Positions 36,562 to 50,255 of a stretch of DNA of 64,000 nt are shown here, in pieces. Below the pieces are notes generated by a model. That model was not told where the DNA came from, did not search any database, and saw nothing but the letters and a program-made list of their open reading frames with translations. Position numbers and translations under genes: made by a program. The stretch spans positions 153,760,001-153,824,000 of the forward strand of contig OZ024743.1 in assembly GCA_964016885.1 (NCBI GenBank), in the 5' to 3' direction. The number at the start of each line of letters is the position of its first letter. The stretch's first letter is position 1. Source of the stretch: Eledone cirrhosa. Taxonomy: Eukaryota.

Positions 36562-38797
36562 TGAGACAGTAAACAAAAACTAAAAAACAACGTGGAAGCG
36601 AAGAGGCAGTACAAATGTCAATATTAGTTCCACACTTGAGAGTGGGGGTGCCAGACGACGTTTCGGGCATAAGCCCTTCATCGGGAGAAAAGAGGAAGGG
36701 AAAAGTGTTCCGAGGGTGTAAGGGGGAGTGGTGGAAAGACATTAAAAATGGGGAGGGGAAAAGGAGGGAATACCTTTTTTCAGAGGGAAAACAAATTAAA
36801 ATGAAACAAGTGGTGAAAGGGTGTGAGGTGTGTAAGGGGTGGATGGGGTTGAGGGGGAGAGGGATACGGGGGTGTCCGAGCGGGGAAGGCTGAAGGTGGT
36901 GTGTGTGTATGTGTGTAGGTTTACGTGTGTGTGGGCAATATGGAAACGGGTGTGTACATGGGGTGGGGAGAAGTCGGTGTGTGCGTGTGGATGGAGAGGG
37001 GTTAGAGGGGGTGGGGGAGAGGGGGCGTGTAGAGGTCGGTGGCTGAGTGTGTGTATGTGAGGATACGCACGTCTTGTGGGTGTATGGTTGCGTGCTGCGA
37101 AAATAGTGTAAGTGTGTGTGTGTGTTCTTGGGTGTTTTCCTCGGACTATAGGACCAGATGTTGCAGTTCCCAAGTGTAGCAAGGTCAATGGCTGGAGGGG
37201 TGGACCGGTGGTGTAAATTCCTGGTATGGTAGTGAGGAAGTGGAGAGTGGTGGGGTGCGCGCGCAACAGGAGTGGTCAGAGGGTCAAGGCATGGCGAAGG
37301 AGGTGAGAGGAAGTAGATAGCAGTAGGAAGGTGACAGCAAGCAGAGTAGTAACAGGTACAGAGGTGGTCTGTATGTTGTGTGGAATGTGTGTGTGTGTGG
37401 GCGGAGCTGCGGTGGACAGGCGAGGGGATGGGTATGTGGGAAAGGTTGAAGGAGCGGGTGGGGGTGTATTTTAGGGGACGTGTTAGCGGGATGTGTGTAT
37501 GTGTGGTGGGGTGTTGGTAGTACGGGGAGCGAGAGAGGGAGGTTCTGGGGACTGTCAGAGAGATGTAATGTACTGGTGAGTGTGCGTGATTGGATATGAG
37601 TGTGTGTGTGGTTGAGTGGGTGTTAGTATGACTGGTGGTGGTGGTGGGGGAGTGGGGGTTGAATGCGGGTGTTTGAGTGGGGGTTAGTGGGGGTAGTGTG
37701 GGTGTGGAGTGGGTGGTGTATCCGTGTGTACGTGTATGTGTGATGGTGTGTGTGGTGAGGGGGAAGGTGGGTTGGGGGATGTTTAGTATTATTAGTGGTG
37801 GGTGGTCAGATGTGAATGTGTGTGTGTGGGGGCTTAGTGATGGTAGTAGGGTGTATGAATAGTGTGAGTGTGAGTATATATTCACTGGTGGGTGTGTGCG
37901 TGTTGAGGGTGTGGGTGCACGTGTGATATGGGTGGGGTGTTAGTATTATTAGTTGTGGGGTGGGCCAGAGGGTGGGGGTGTTATTATTATTAGTTGTGGG
38001 ATGGGCCTGGGTGGAGGGGGTGGTGAAACTAGGGAGTGTGTTAGTGCTGTTAGTAGGGGATGTGTGTGTGTGAGGGGGGGGGGGCGTCGAATGCTACAGG
38101 AAGAGAGGTGGGGAGTTCAGGCCGGGGGCGTGTGGATCTGTAGAGTGACGATAGTGTGATCTTCGACCGTGAGGCGGGTGGCGGGGGTCCGATGGCATTG
38201 GATCAGGGCAGAGACGGCGAGGTGAATGTCCCGGGGAACCGAAGTGGCGGGCGATGGGGGAACTCCCGCCGAGACGAATACCTCGGAGGTGCTCCGTGAA
38301 TCGATCGGCCAGGTGTCGTCCGGTCTGTCCGAGGCAGGTTACGCTGCACTCCGTGCAGCGAAGTCCATAGTCTTGGTTGGATGAGGTGCAGCGGAAGGTG
38401 CAGCGGTAGGATGAAATGGCTGACCAGAGACAGGGCCTGGGTCTCGAAGTCAGTATCTCGGCTGCAGAGGTGGCGGGTCCGGAGGAGTTGGGAATAGGGA
38501 ATGGAGTGTTTGGTGTGTTTAGGGTGGGAGTCGGTGTGTTTGAAGAAGGCGGAAGTGACGAGTGAGCTATGGGAGGGTTCGATGGCGATGAAGGTGTCCA
38601 AGAAGGGGACATGAGTGTTGCAAATAGAGGTAGTGAAGTGGAGGGAGGGGGGGGGGAGCTGGAAAAGGAGAGAAAGGAGTCGAGCTGTTCTCGGGTGAGG
38701 GTCGTGGCCCCAATACTGTCATCTATATAACGACCGTACAGTTCGTGCGTGGGACCGGTGTATTGGGCAAAGATTTGGGCCTCAACATGACCAAGGA

Positions 38798-38800
<3 letters not shown>
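36555..38800 (-). mobile_element. GC-rich 5'-truncated Penelope-like element (Neptune-like) with long C/A-rich 3' region and terminal hammerhead
   Basis: YGRYIDD, SHPKHTKHSIPYSQLLR, FRCTSSN..CTEC..GQTGRHLADRFTEH..PIARHF..GLN (GIY-YIG); (TA)n on both sides. Confidence 0.85.
36657..36684 (-). ncRNA. PLE-type minimal hammerhead core
   Basis: CCGAUGA-A-GGGC-UUAU-GCCC-GAAACGUC; U4 is C and stem I is essentially absent. Confidence 0.65.
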
Positions 38801-38829
<29 letters not shown>

Positions 38830-39032
38830 TAAAAGTATGTATTCCTACATGTAAATAATTCACATAGGGGTACAAATATTTTCCAACCGTATTCCACTAT
38901 GGTTCAATGGCAACTGCACACGGTACCAGAGAGAATTGTTTCTTCTCTCATTCACTCTCATTCGGGAACAGTTTTGTGTGGCAACAGTTTGTGATTTGAA
39001 CTCAAGAATTTTATATTCTCCGAGTGAGAAAA

Positions 39033-39114
39033 GCCTTCTGACGATGATCTCTTCCTCAATGGAAATCCGCTTGGATTATCTATTTAGTTGGGGATCGGAA
39101 ACCGCGGCAAAGGC
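39033..39114 (+). ncRNA. Type I hammerhead with extended stem II (triplet mutated to GCA)
   Basis: GCCUU-CUGACGA-UGAUCUC...GGGAUCG-GAA-ACCGCGGC-A-AAGGC. Confidence 0.78.
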
Positions 39115-39513
39115 ACATATAGTAAGTACAGTGAATTTTTTGAAATTTTTTTTAAAACGTTTTCTCTATTTGCTTGACCTTGATTTTATATGTTTTGGCT
39201 TGCTAATTTATTAACTTGCCATTGAACCACACTGGCATACGGTTGGTAAATACTTGTACCGCTATGTGTATTATTTACATGTATGAATACATACTTTTAT
39301 TATTATTCTCCCCTACGGTGGAGAAACCTTTGGTCGTCTGAACGGCTGGTATTTTTAGTAGAAGTACATTGACATGTCTACCTAGCCTTTGTCTTTGCAC
39401 ACGGTATCAGACAGTATTGTTTCTTCTCTCATTCACACTCATTCGGGAACAATATTGTGTGGCGCCAGTTTGTGATTTGAACTCGAGAATTTTATATTTT
39501 CCGAGTGAGAAAA

Positions 39514-39593
39514 GCCTTCTGATGATGATCTCGTTCTCAAAAGAAATCTGGTTGGACTATCTATTTATTTCTATCGGAAACCGCGGTGAAGGC
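39514..39593 (+). ncRNA. Type I hammerhead with extended stem II (triplet GUG)
   Basis: GCCUU-CUGAUGA-UGAU...AUCG-GAA-ACCGCGGU-G-AAGGC. Confidence 0.75.
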
Positions 39594-39660
39594 ACATATA
39601 GTAAGTACAGTGAATTTTTTGAAATTTATTCTAAAACTTTTTCTCTATCTGCTTGACCTT

Positions 39661-39701
<41 letters not shown>

Positions 39702-39714
39702 AAAAGAGATTAGC

Positions 39715-39960
39715 TTTAAGAAAGGAATTCAGCTGTAGAAATCAACCCCAAATCAGTTCTGTATGAGCAAGACTTGGTCACCTGACCTGGCATTGCCCAC
39801 AACAGGACAGCCTGTCTAACTCATGCTAGCTTGAAAGAATGGGCATAAAACGGTGATGCTGATAATGATGATGTGATGATATATATATATATATATATAA
39901 CATCACTTTTCCATCTGTTTTTGCATGCCTACATGAGTTGAATGAGTCCTGTCTAGCACA
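39715..39960. mobile_element. RTE-tailed non-autonomous fragments, tail to tail
   Basis: 39715-39880 resembles 17853-18010; a reverse-oriented tail remnant starts at 39900. Confidence 0.55.
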
Positions 39961-40539
39961 ATATCCTGCCACTTGACTCTTTATTTTGTCATCTTTTTCA
40001 TGAAGTGCATCATTCTGAGATCTGTCTTCACAACATCTGCCAAAGCTTTCTTCAGACTAATCCTACCATATATTCCTTCCACTTAGAACTCCTGGCACAG
40101 CCTAAGAACAGATGGCCCAGAACCAACCTCATCATGTTTAATACATTCCATATGTGGAATGGTTTCTATGACTATGTACCGTTAATAACGTCAACCCCCT
40201 TATGGAATATGCTAAGTGCATTTTATTGCAGAAGAGTGTACAAGGTGCACTTTATCCTGGTATCAGCATTTCCAATTTTTAATTGATATTGCATGCATTT
40301 ATCAAGGCACCAGCATTAGAGAGGTTGTCAGGAGCTAGGCAAGACTAGAGAGTCCACTTTCTTCTATGTTGAGTTACTTTACTATAAGATAGCTGGTGAT
40401 AGGAAGGACAGCCAGCTAGTAAAACGATGTCACATTTATGACAAGCAAAAAATACAATTACAAAACTTATATATCCTTGCGTGTTGTAAGAAGCAACTAA
40501 AAGTATTGTTTCTAGGAAAGTCATCTGAATGTAAAACAT

Positions 40540-40810
40540 TGCTTCAAAAAGGATCCAGTAATGAGCTAGAAGCCTTTCATGGATCCAAAAATATTAACCC
40601 TTGCTTCAGTAAGAAAATTTACTTTAAAATGCTTCCTGTTGCATGCATTGTAAGGTCACTCTTAAACACTATTGTAAACTCAGTATCACCTTTTTCTTGG
40701 TTGTTTCATAGGCAAATAATCTAGTAACCCAACCAAGACGAAAGCTATTAGAATTTAGAGGAACTCATGAAAATCAGTAGCCATCCAAATTTGTCTATAA
40801 AAGCTTGATC

Positions 40811-40869
<59 letters not shown>

Positions 40870-41185
40870 TGTTTATGTAAATACACTTGTGACAAATATT
40901 CTTACTTGAAACCTAAGGTGGTTGTAATCTGGCGATCTTTCTCTGTTTTTGCTTGTTGCAAATTGAATGTCTTCAAACATTTAGCAAGTGGTTATTCTGT
41001 TACATTAGCATTTGTCATTAAAAAATCTGATGTATAAGCGTTTTTTGCATGCATATTTTTCTTTTGATAACTTCCATTCCAACTGGCACAAGACATCTTG
41101 GAGACAAACAAAGACATTTGATTTTTCCTTGCAGCAGCTGGAGTAACATGTGCATCTGTAGCAATGAAGTACAACCACAACTATA
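40540..41185 (-). mobile_element. Possible old hAT transposase relic (BED-like N-terminus)
   Basis: WLYF..C...TSDF..RQITTTLGFK followed by a GTAAG donor; downstream PYNACNRKHFK resembles the hAT P.Y..PSR..F motif. Weak. Confidence 0.3.
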
Positions 41186-41633
41186 GTTTCATGACTAAGA
41201 GGATATAGTATAAGTAAGAGCAGTTACAATTCTGCACTCGACATTGATGTGTTTCTGATTCTTCAAAGGCAGTGTTATTGTTTTGACATATAAGTGTATG
41301 GGTTTAAATTGAGAGCCTATGATCAGAAGGCATTACTTCCTTTAAGAGAACAAGGAAAGGATATGAAAGCTGGTCATCCCGAAAGTGGGTTAACAGCCTT
41401 GATATATATATATATCAAATATATAAGAACCCTAAAGCAAATATTTATTAAAATAACAGATTAAAGTTTAAGCGAAGAATCGTTGCTTTCACCCTTAACG
41501 GGAACTTCTGAAACTAAAAATATCAATCTGTGAACGTTGCAACCGAAGGACGACAGGAAGACGATACTTTGGTTCGTGAAGACGTTCCCTGGCAATGAAA
41601 GGAAAAAAGCGAAGAATCATTCGGTTTCCTAAA

Positions 41634-41795
41634 TATAATTGTTTCTACATTCGGCACAAGGCCAACAATTACCCAGTAAATTATTGGTACTTTATTTTAT
41701 CAACCCCGAAAGGCAAAGTTAACCCCGGCAGGATTTGAACTCAGAACGTAAAGGGACGTAACTATGCTGGAAAGCATGTCCGGCCATCTACCGAC
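41634..41795 (-). mobile_element. tRNA-derived SINE copy
   Basis: Homologous to 18480-18664. Confidence 0.88.
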
Positions 41796-41977
41796 GACTT
41801 CATTTATACCATAGACGTGATTTTGTCTTTGCGTGTAATTGTTCTCATCGCTCCGCATAACGACGCTCTTATTCTGGCAATATTATTACAAAAATCTGAC
41901 TCTCCCCAAGTATAACAATATTGGTTTTGACACACGATTTCATATAAAAAACCTCGCAAAACAAATTCATTGCCGTC

Positions 41978-42016
<39 letters not shown>

Positions 42017-42202
42017 TAATTTAATATATCAACTAACATAAGCGCACAGATGCACGCCCATGCCAGCAAATACACAGGTTATGTCATAGTACCTAGGTGG
42101 TTCAATGCAGGAGAATGCAGAACAATAATATAAAGGACGTAAAATAAGAAAATATTTTTTTTAAAAAATTTAAAAAAAATTTTTTTTCTTACTTAAATTT
42201 TC

Positions 42203-42284
42203 ACTCCAACTAATTAGTTTCTGCAATGGGATAAAGACAGTTATGTAATCCAACTGTCGAGAATTCATTGCGTCATCAGGAAGT
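42203..42284 (-). ncRNA. Type I hammerhead ribozyme with extended stem II
   Basis: ACUUC-CUGAUGA-C-GCAAUG..GACAGUU..AACUGUC..CAUUGC-A-GAA-ACUAAUUAGU-U^GGAGU; palindromic stem III, GUU triplet, C.A mismatch at the base of stem II. Confidence 0.85.
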
Positions 42285-42338
42285 CTATTCTCAGTTAAGT
42301 CTCCAGGCAATGCGCGGACACTGGCGGCTCATATAAAA

Positions 42339-42906
<568 letters not shown>

Positions 42907-43187
42907 CATAAATCATGTCTTTAGAATTATTAGATAAAATATATAACATTTCCTCTCCCAATCACCATAATTAACCATAAAAAAATCAATTAGACCAAGC
43001 TATAAGAATAAAGGCTCTTATGAAGAAATCTCCGACAAATAACCGAAAGTGGGCTCTTCGCGGTGGCCCCAATAGAGTATTTATCCAACATTTCGACAGC
43101 ATGTAGTAACTGACTAAATATACGATCAACCATACACAATTAGGTGTAAATTCAAACTTAGAAGAAATGTGTACATACCGTAATTAT

Positions 43188-43265
43188 ATCTCTACCATAG
43201 TTTCATCCGTATTTTTAGACATCCAATTAATAGGAAATGCACAGAGTTCGGATTCATCAGGAGAC
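43188..43265 (-). ncRNA. Type I hammerhead ribozyme with extended stem II, intact core
   Basis: GUCUC-CUGAUGA-AUCCG-(39 nt)-CGGAU-GAA-ACUAUGGU-A^GAGAU; stems I and II fully paired, stem III self-complementary with G-U pairs. Confidence 0.88.
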
Positions 43266-43582
43266 AAACTCAAAATTAGACACTTAGTTATCCAAAGTGA
43301 TCGCGCCAAAATTAGATTCAAAAATGGCTAAGAACCGCAATATGGCAGTGGTCAAGTTAGAAAGAATGTGATTGGTTGCTTACGGCGGGTAGGCTTGTTG
43401 CTAGAAAGCGCAGCCAAATATCGCCAAATTGTATCTCAACCTAACGGGAGATTATTAAATATAAAGGTTTACATATACATAAAGTTATAGATATATATGT
43501 TGCAACCGGTCACTTTGTGGCTCTATGAAGAATTAATAAATTAAATAATCAGATCAATATATATATTTCGAAGGGGATTATA

Positions 43583-43705
<123 letters not shown>

Positions 43706-43724
43706 ATGTGTGTGTGTGTGTGTG

Positions 43725-43765
43725 TGAGAGATATCCAAAAAGTTCCCAGTCTAGTTATTTAAAAA

Positions 43766-43808
<43 letters not shown>

Positions 43809-44632
43809 TAAGTTTTAACATAATCGCCTTCGAAATAATTACCTTGTGCATCAATACAGCAGTTCAAGCATACCTACCACATTTAGAATCCTGCCTGGAA
43901 GTTGTTTACTTTCAGTGAGTCAAGGACCTTCTGCGATTCGCTCTTCTTCTCAGCAACAGTATTAAAACGGCGACCTTTGAGGTGCATTTTCAGGTTAGGG
44001 AAGAGATTGAAGTCTGCCGGTGCTAAATCTGGTGAATAGAGTGGACGCGTAAGTGATACAAAGTTGTTTTTGGTGAGAAATTCAAGAGTGAGGAGAGCTC
44101 AGTGACAGGGTGCATTGTCATCACAATGAATCCAATTCTTCATGCTCCACAGATCCAGTCACTTTCACCAAACGTCCTCCCACAAATGTCTCAAATGTTG
44201 CTGTAGAACTCTCAATTGATGGTCTGACTTTAGGGGATGAATTATCAATGCACAATACTGGAAGTTGAAAAAAAATTATGAACATGCTCTTGGTTGAGCT
44301 GCCCCTATGTCATGCCTTCATTGGTCGCTGAGATGAGGGTTTTTTTTCCACTGTGTTGACTGCTGATTTGTCTCAGGGTTGTACCTGTAGACCCAACTCT
44401 TATCAGCGGAGATGATTCTCAACATGAAGGATGGGTCATCATCGGCAAAGTGATGGAGGTCTTGACAGAATTTGAAACAATGTTCTTTCTGCTCAGTGGT
44501 CATCCAGCGGGAGACAAACTTGGCAGCGACATACTCCTTGTTCAATTCAGACATTTGGATTGCCTGTACGTACCCATATGACAGACCAACATCATCAGTA
44601 ATATCATTGATTGTCCTCTGACGATCTACATA
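43725..44632 (-). mobile_element. Decayed mariner (Tc1/mariner) transposon, 3' part
   Basis: VAAKFVSR..TTEQK, IISADKSWVYRYNPET..STQW, DNAPCH, YSPDLAPADF.LFP.LK..LKGRRF, AQGNYFEGD; TIR-like GAGATATCCAAAAAGTTCCCAGTCTAG at ~43727. Confidence 0.9.
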
Positions 44633-45745
44633 AAAATGTATATTGTTGGTATTGGTTTGGGAGAAGTGTAGGGGGTGGGGCATGCTAGCTCACATATTCA
44701 TTTCCCTACATGTAAACCTACTTACAGCCCTTATATATTAAATACATATAATATACACACATGCATACACAAACACACGCATATACACACGCACACACAT
44801 ACACATATATATACACACACATACACACACCTACACGTATATGTACATACATACATAGATACATACACATACATATAAACATACGCACACACATATATAT
44901 ACACACATATATTTATATATATATATATACACATGCACATACATACACATATATACATATATACACACACATACATGCACATACACACCTGTATCCTAGA
45001 GACATACATACAAACACATCTCTACACACACATCTACTCAAGTATTTAAGTTCACATATACATTGGGGTGGGGAAGGGGGAATTAATGAAATGTTAGTGT
45101 ACCTCTGTGGGTTTTACTTCTCTTCAACAATCGAATATTTGAAAGTGCGGGTGTCATCAACTTCTATTAGGATATTTTTCCTTTTTCAAAATGCGATTTT
45201 TTAAAGAAAAGAGAGAGGTGAGAGAATCCCGTTATTTGAAGATGGAATATCATTTTTTTTTGTGTTCTGTAGTGGTTTTTACTTTCAAATTATAAATTCT
45301 TCTTTATATTTTCGGAATTATTCGTTGTCCGACCATATCTTAACGAAGGGGAAAATTGTGAATTTTCCCTTTCCGTTTGTTGCGAAGTTTTCACTGCATA
45401 TGGTGTTTCTGACAGAGGGGTCTCTAATTTGTTCTTTATGTACTTGAACACTATCATGTAGACCCGTTCCGGTTTCACCAATATAGTATTCTTTAAATTG
45501 TGAGCAGATTGCACAGTAAATAAAGTTTTTTGTTTTGCAATTCGTGTTTCCATTAACTTTGATAAACTGGTTGTTTTTAAAGGAGGTTTGCCCACCCTCT
45601 TGAATGTGTTCCCAAGTTCCGCATCGAGGGACACCGCATTTCTTAACTTGAATTGTGTCATTATTAGACGTAAATTTTGTCTTGGTTAGCAGTTTCTTTA
45701 GGTTGGGTGCTTGGTGTCTACTATTTGTGCGTCTTTTATGAGTGC
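44633..45745 (-). mobile_element. Inverted copy of the 3' end (GIY-YIG + pLTR) of the adjacent Penelope-like family
   Basis: Reverse-complement homology to ~49140-50395; CGVPRCGT..NCKTKNFIYCAICSQ..YIGET..HKEQIRDP. Confidence 0.88.
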
Positions 45746-45943
45746 ATTCATTATCCCTTTTGTCATGACTCACAATCCAAGGAACTTCAACATTGTGAAA
45801 GCCGCTAAACAATATCTCCCAATTCTCCAGCAGTCCCCTAAATTGAGTGCACTCATAAAAGACTAACACATACTATATAGCAGACGCCAAGCGCCCAACC
45901 TAAAAAATCTGCTTACCAAGTGAAGTCATTCTTTTCCTTTTTT

Positions 45944-46043
<100 letters not shown>

Positions 46044-46045
46044 CA

Positions 46046-46142
46046 CAAGGGTGTATTAACATTTTCCGGACTAGTTCTGTATCGTGCCAACTGATGGTAT
46101 CACACAGTTGCATGCACAGTGAGATCTCGCAGTGACCTTTAT
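46046..46142 (+). mobile_element. Mariner-like terminal fragment
   Basis: AGGGTGTATTAACATTTTCCGGACTAGTT resembles the TIR at 43727 and is in the same orientation. Confidence 0.5.
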
Positions 46143-49100
46143 ACACCTAACTGTATCAAGTGTTTCACACATTTTCCATATTCTACCACCTTGTACACGA
46201 CAGATTGGCTAACACATATTCAAAGTAAGTTACTGAATCCCTCAAATCGGAGCAATATTGCAGGAAATCTTGGTAAAACTCTCCATAATAATAAGTAAGT
46301 AAAACTCCCTTACTAATGCCGTACATGGAACAACAAACACGCAGCTATAGGGAGAAGCTCGATTCCCTAATTGCAGACCATTAGAAAGAGGAACAAATCT
46401 CACCCTTGGAAATAGTTACACACGACCAGAATTCCATTGTTCAAAATGCGTTCAAAGAATGGAATGAACTGAATCTGGAAAAAGAAGCTTTCAAAATAAG
46501 AAACCAAATGAAAAATATTTTGAACCAAATACTAAGCCAAAGAAAACAGGCATACTGGAAAGCCTTGAGGAATGAAAACCTAGTGGATACATACGAGATA
46601 TGGTGAAGTAAGGAAGAAGTTATCATCTCGAGAAAATTCCGAATTAAAGAAATAACATCGGTATCAAATGAAGAACCCAAAATAAGACTAAATGTAGCAC
46701 TCCAGAAACTGAGACAGAAATCACTCTACTCCGACTAAGAGTGCCAAATTTTAAAGAAAAATTGGAAAACTGCGACACCACCATTAGAGAAGAAATAAAC
46801 AAAAGAAGCAGAAGCAATGTACGGGAAAAACTATTTGACCTTTAGAAGAGTGATACAACCAGAGAGGAATTAAAATCAAAGAAAAACTTGGGGTCAAGAA
46901 TACAATGGTTACAAGAATATGAAAAATACTATGGGAAAGACCAAATAAAATCCCCAAAACAAGCCCATAAGAAACCCTCAAATTTGGGAATTTACAAAAA
47001 CACAAGAAATGAAGAATTCTCACACAATAAACAAACATCAACCAGAAATCGGAGAATCCCAAACACACAATTATACACAAACCAAATACTGAACACAAGA
47101 ACCAGATACAACTACTAGCAAAACCCCAAGAACAATTACCAGCGGCAAAATCAAAGACATATGAAGACCGAACGGGACAGTAGAAGAACTATATAATCAA
47201 CCACCAAACAAAATACTACCGTTCAAAAAATTATAAACATGAAATGCCAGCGAACAGAATATTTCAACATAACAGAAACATCGTTATCTTAAATGGGAAT
47301 TATTTTTTAGGACAAGGTGCCGCCCACCAAATGAATAGAAAAAAGAAAAAAACACCGCCCTTCAAGTGGCACTCGGCGAGAAAACCTCAAAGGAACCAAA
47401 AATAATCAACATACCAGCCAAAATACTAACACAACAGGAAATTAAACTGCTAGAAAATGGACTGAAATTCACGCCCTTTCCGAAAGCAGATCAAGCTGAC
47501 CTTATAAAAGACGCAAAAAACTTTTGTCAAAAATTACGTCTAGCAGAATTCGTCCTGCGTGTAGCATACGAGGAAGAATTACTAGTGAAAAACAAAAATA
47601 ACTTCAAACCTCCGTTAATTAAACACCTGGAGGAATACAAAACCTGCCCCCGATGATTAGCGCAGACAATACTGCAGAGTCAAAACACAAACGCAACATT
47701 CCTACAGACCAACTGCTAGCACTAAACAAGCTACAAAAAGACTCCTCAATAATCATAAAAGAAGCGGACAAAGGTGTCGCAATCGTCATCATGGAAAAAA
47801 AATACTACAAGGATATGGTCCTAGAACAGTTGAATAATGATGGTTTTCACAGGAAAATCAGCAAAAGCGAAGAAAGAAAATCGATGATTAAAGTAGGCAA
47901 ACTAACGACCAAGTACCAAAACAACCTCACACTAAAGGAAATCTTAAACAACTTCGAAATGAAAACCAGCAATTTTTTGGTTTACCGAAGGTTCACAAAT
48001 CCAGAGAAATCCAAGACAACATAAAAGGCAAAAATACATCATATGTTGAAGTACCAAAACCGACATATTTAAAATTACGCCCAATTGTTGCTGGTCCAGC
48101 ATCAAGAAAACAACGTCTAAGCAACCTATTAGACATCATACTGAAACCCTTAGGTAAAAAAGTGCCAAGCTTCATCAGAGATGATATGGAATTCCTGAAC
48201 TATACCCCCCCCCACCCCCACCCATAAAATACACCCAGAAACAATCTTAATCAGCTTTGACGTAACAAGCTTATATACTAACATCCCACACGACTTAGGA
48301 ATTGAAGCTGTTCACTTATGGATTACAAAACACCCAGACTACATTTCAGAGAGATTCCCCAAAACATTTATTTTGGAAGGACTCAAATTAGTATCGGATA
48401 ACAACCACTTTCTTTTTGATAACGAACTATATTTACAAATAAAAGGAACAACCTTGGGCACCAAAGTGGCCCCAACATATGCAACACTCGTTATGGGTCA
48501 CGTAGAGCCAAAATTATATTCCTAATTGCAGGAAGCATTCAGTCATGACTTCGCCACCTACAATAATCACAACTGGAAACGGTACCTAGACGACTGCTTC
48601 ATCTTCTGGAATAGAAGCCAAGAAGACGTGCAAAGATTCCATTCCATCATAAACAATCTTCACGAAACAATCCAATTTACCATGGAATGTAATAAAAAGG
48701 AACTACCGTTTTTGGATATCCTTATCATTAAAGAAGGAGAAAATATCAAAACAGACTTATGTTACAAACCAACAGATACACACCAATACTTGAATTTCCA
48801 ATCAGTACACCCCTCACATATCAAAAGGAACATTCCCTTTAACATGGCAAGATTCATTTACACCATAATAACACACTACAGGGAAAAGGATTATATGAAC
48901 TAAAAGTGTTCCTTAAACCTTAAAAGACAAGAATATCCGGTGAACCTCATCAACATGGCCATCTCCAAAGTCCAGAACATCCCCGTGACAACACTGCGAA
49001 AAACAAAGCAACAAAATAAAATGGTAAAAAGAGTTATCCCTTTTGTCATCACTCACAATCCAAGGAACTTCAACATTGTGAAAGCTGTTAAACAAAATCT

Positions 49101-50022
49101 CCCAATTCTCCAGCAGTCCCCTAAAATGAATGCAATCATAAAAGACTAACAAATAATATATATTAGACGTCAAGCACCCAACCTAACAAAAACTTATTAC
49201 CAAGGCAAAACTTATGTCTAATAATGAAATAATGAAAGTTAAGAAATGCGGTGACCCCCGATGAGGAACTTGGTAACACATTGAAGAGGGTGGACAAATC
49301 TCGTTTAAAAACAACCAGTTTTTCAAAGTTAATGCAAACATGAATTGCAAAACCAGACACTTTATTTCCTGTGCAACCTGCTCACAATGGAAAGAACACT
49401 ACATTGGTGAAACTGTAACGGGTCTACATGACAGAGTTCAAGTACATAAACAACAAATTAGAGACCCCTCTGTCAGAAACACCACATGCAATGAAAACTT
49501 CGCAACATGCGGAAAGGGAAAATTCATAATTTTCCCCTTCTTTAAGATATGGTGGAACAACGAACATTTCTGAAAGTATGAAGAAGATTTCTTCATTAGA
49601 AAGTACAAACCACTACTGAACACAAAAAAAATGATATTCCATCTTCAAATAACAGGAATCCCCCTCTCTTTTCTTTAAAAAATCTCATTTTGAAAAAAAA
49701 AATATCCAAATAGATATTGATGCCACCCGCACTTTCAAACATTCGATTGTTGAAGAGAAGAACAACCCTCAGAGGTACACTAACATTTCATTAATTCCCC
49801 CTTCCCCACCCCAATGTATATGTGAACTTAAATACTTGAGTAGATGTGTTCATGTGTGTGTATATATATGTATGTGTATGTATGTATGTATGTACATATA
49901 TGTGTAGGTGTGTGTATATGTGTGCATATATGTAGGGGTATATATATGTATGTAAATATATATATTTCGTTTCTGAATTTGTTTAGCAAGATTCTTTATC
50001 TGAAATCGTGTGTTGAAACCGA

Positions 50023-50122
50023 TATTGTTATACTTTGGGAGGGTCATGTTACCAATAAGAAACACACGCACTGGTGCGTGTGTTTCTTATTGGCAACATG
50101 ACCCTCCCAAAGTATAACAATA
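50023..50122. repeat. Near-perfect palindrome, 49-bp arms
   Basis: TATTGTTATACTTTGGGAGGGTCATG...GCAC-TG-GTGC...CATGACCCTCCCAAAGTATAACAATA; one mismatch. Confidence 0.95.
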
Positions 50123-50126
50123 AATA

Positions 50127-50197
<71 letters not shown>

Positions 50198-50224
50198 ATG
50201 CATATGTATATATATGTGTATATA

Positions 50225-50255
<31 letters not shown>

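Larger units (their letters stand above)
38828..39668 (+). mobile_element. PLE pseudo-LTR-like non-coding element (~480-bp direct repeat plus inverted segment)
   Basis: 38916-39190 is repeated at 39396-39668; 38828-38915 is inverted at 39216-39303; one hammerhead per unit. Confidence 0.8.

Noticed and set aside
36476-37885. 469-aa H/T/P-rich ORF
   Set aside because: The C/A-rich strand lacks stops by composition; its SPDEGLMPETS segment is the hammerhead read as protein.
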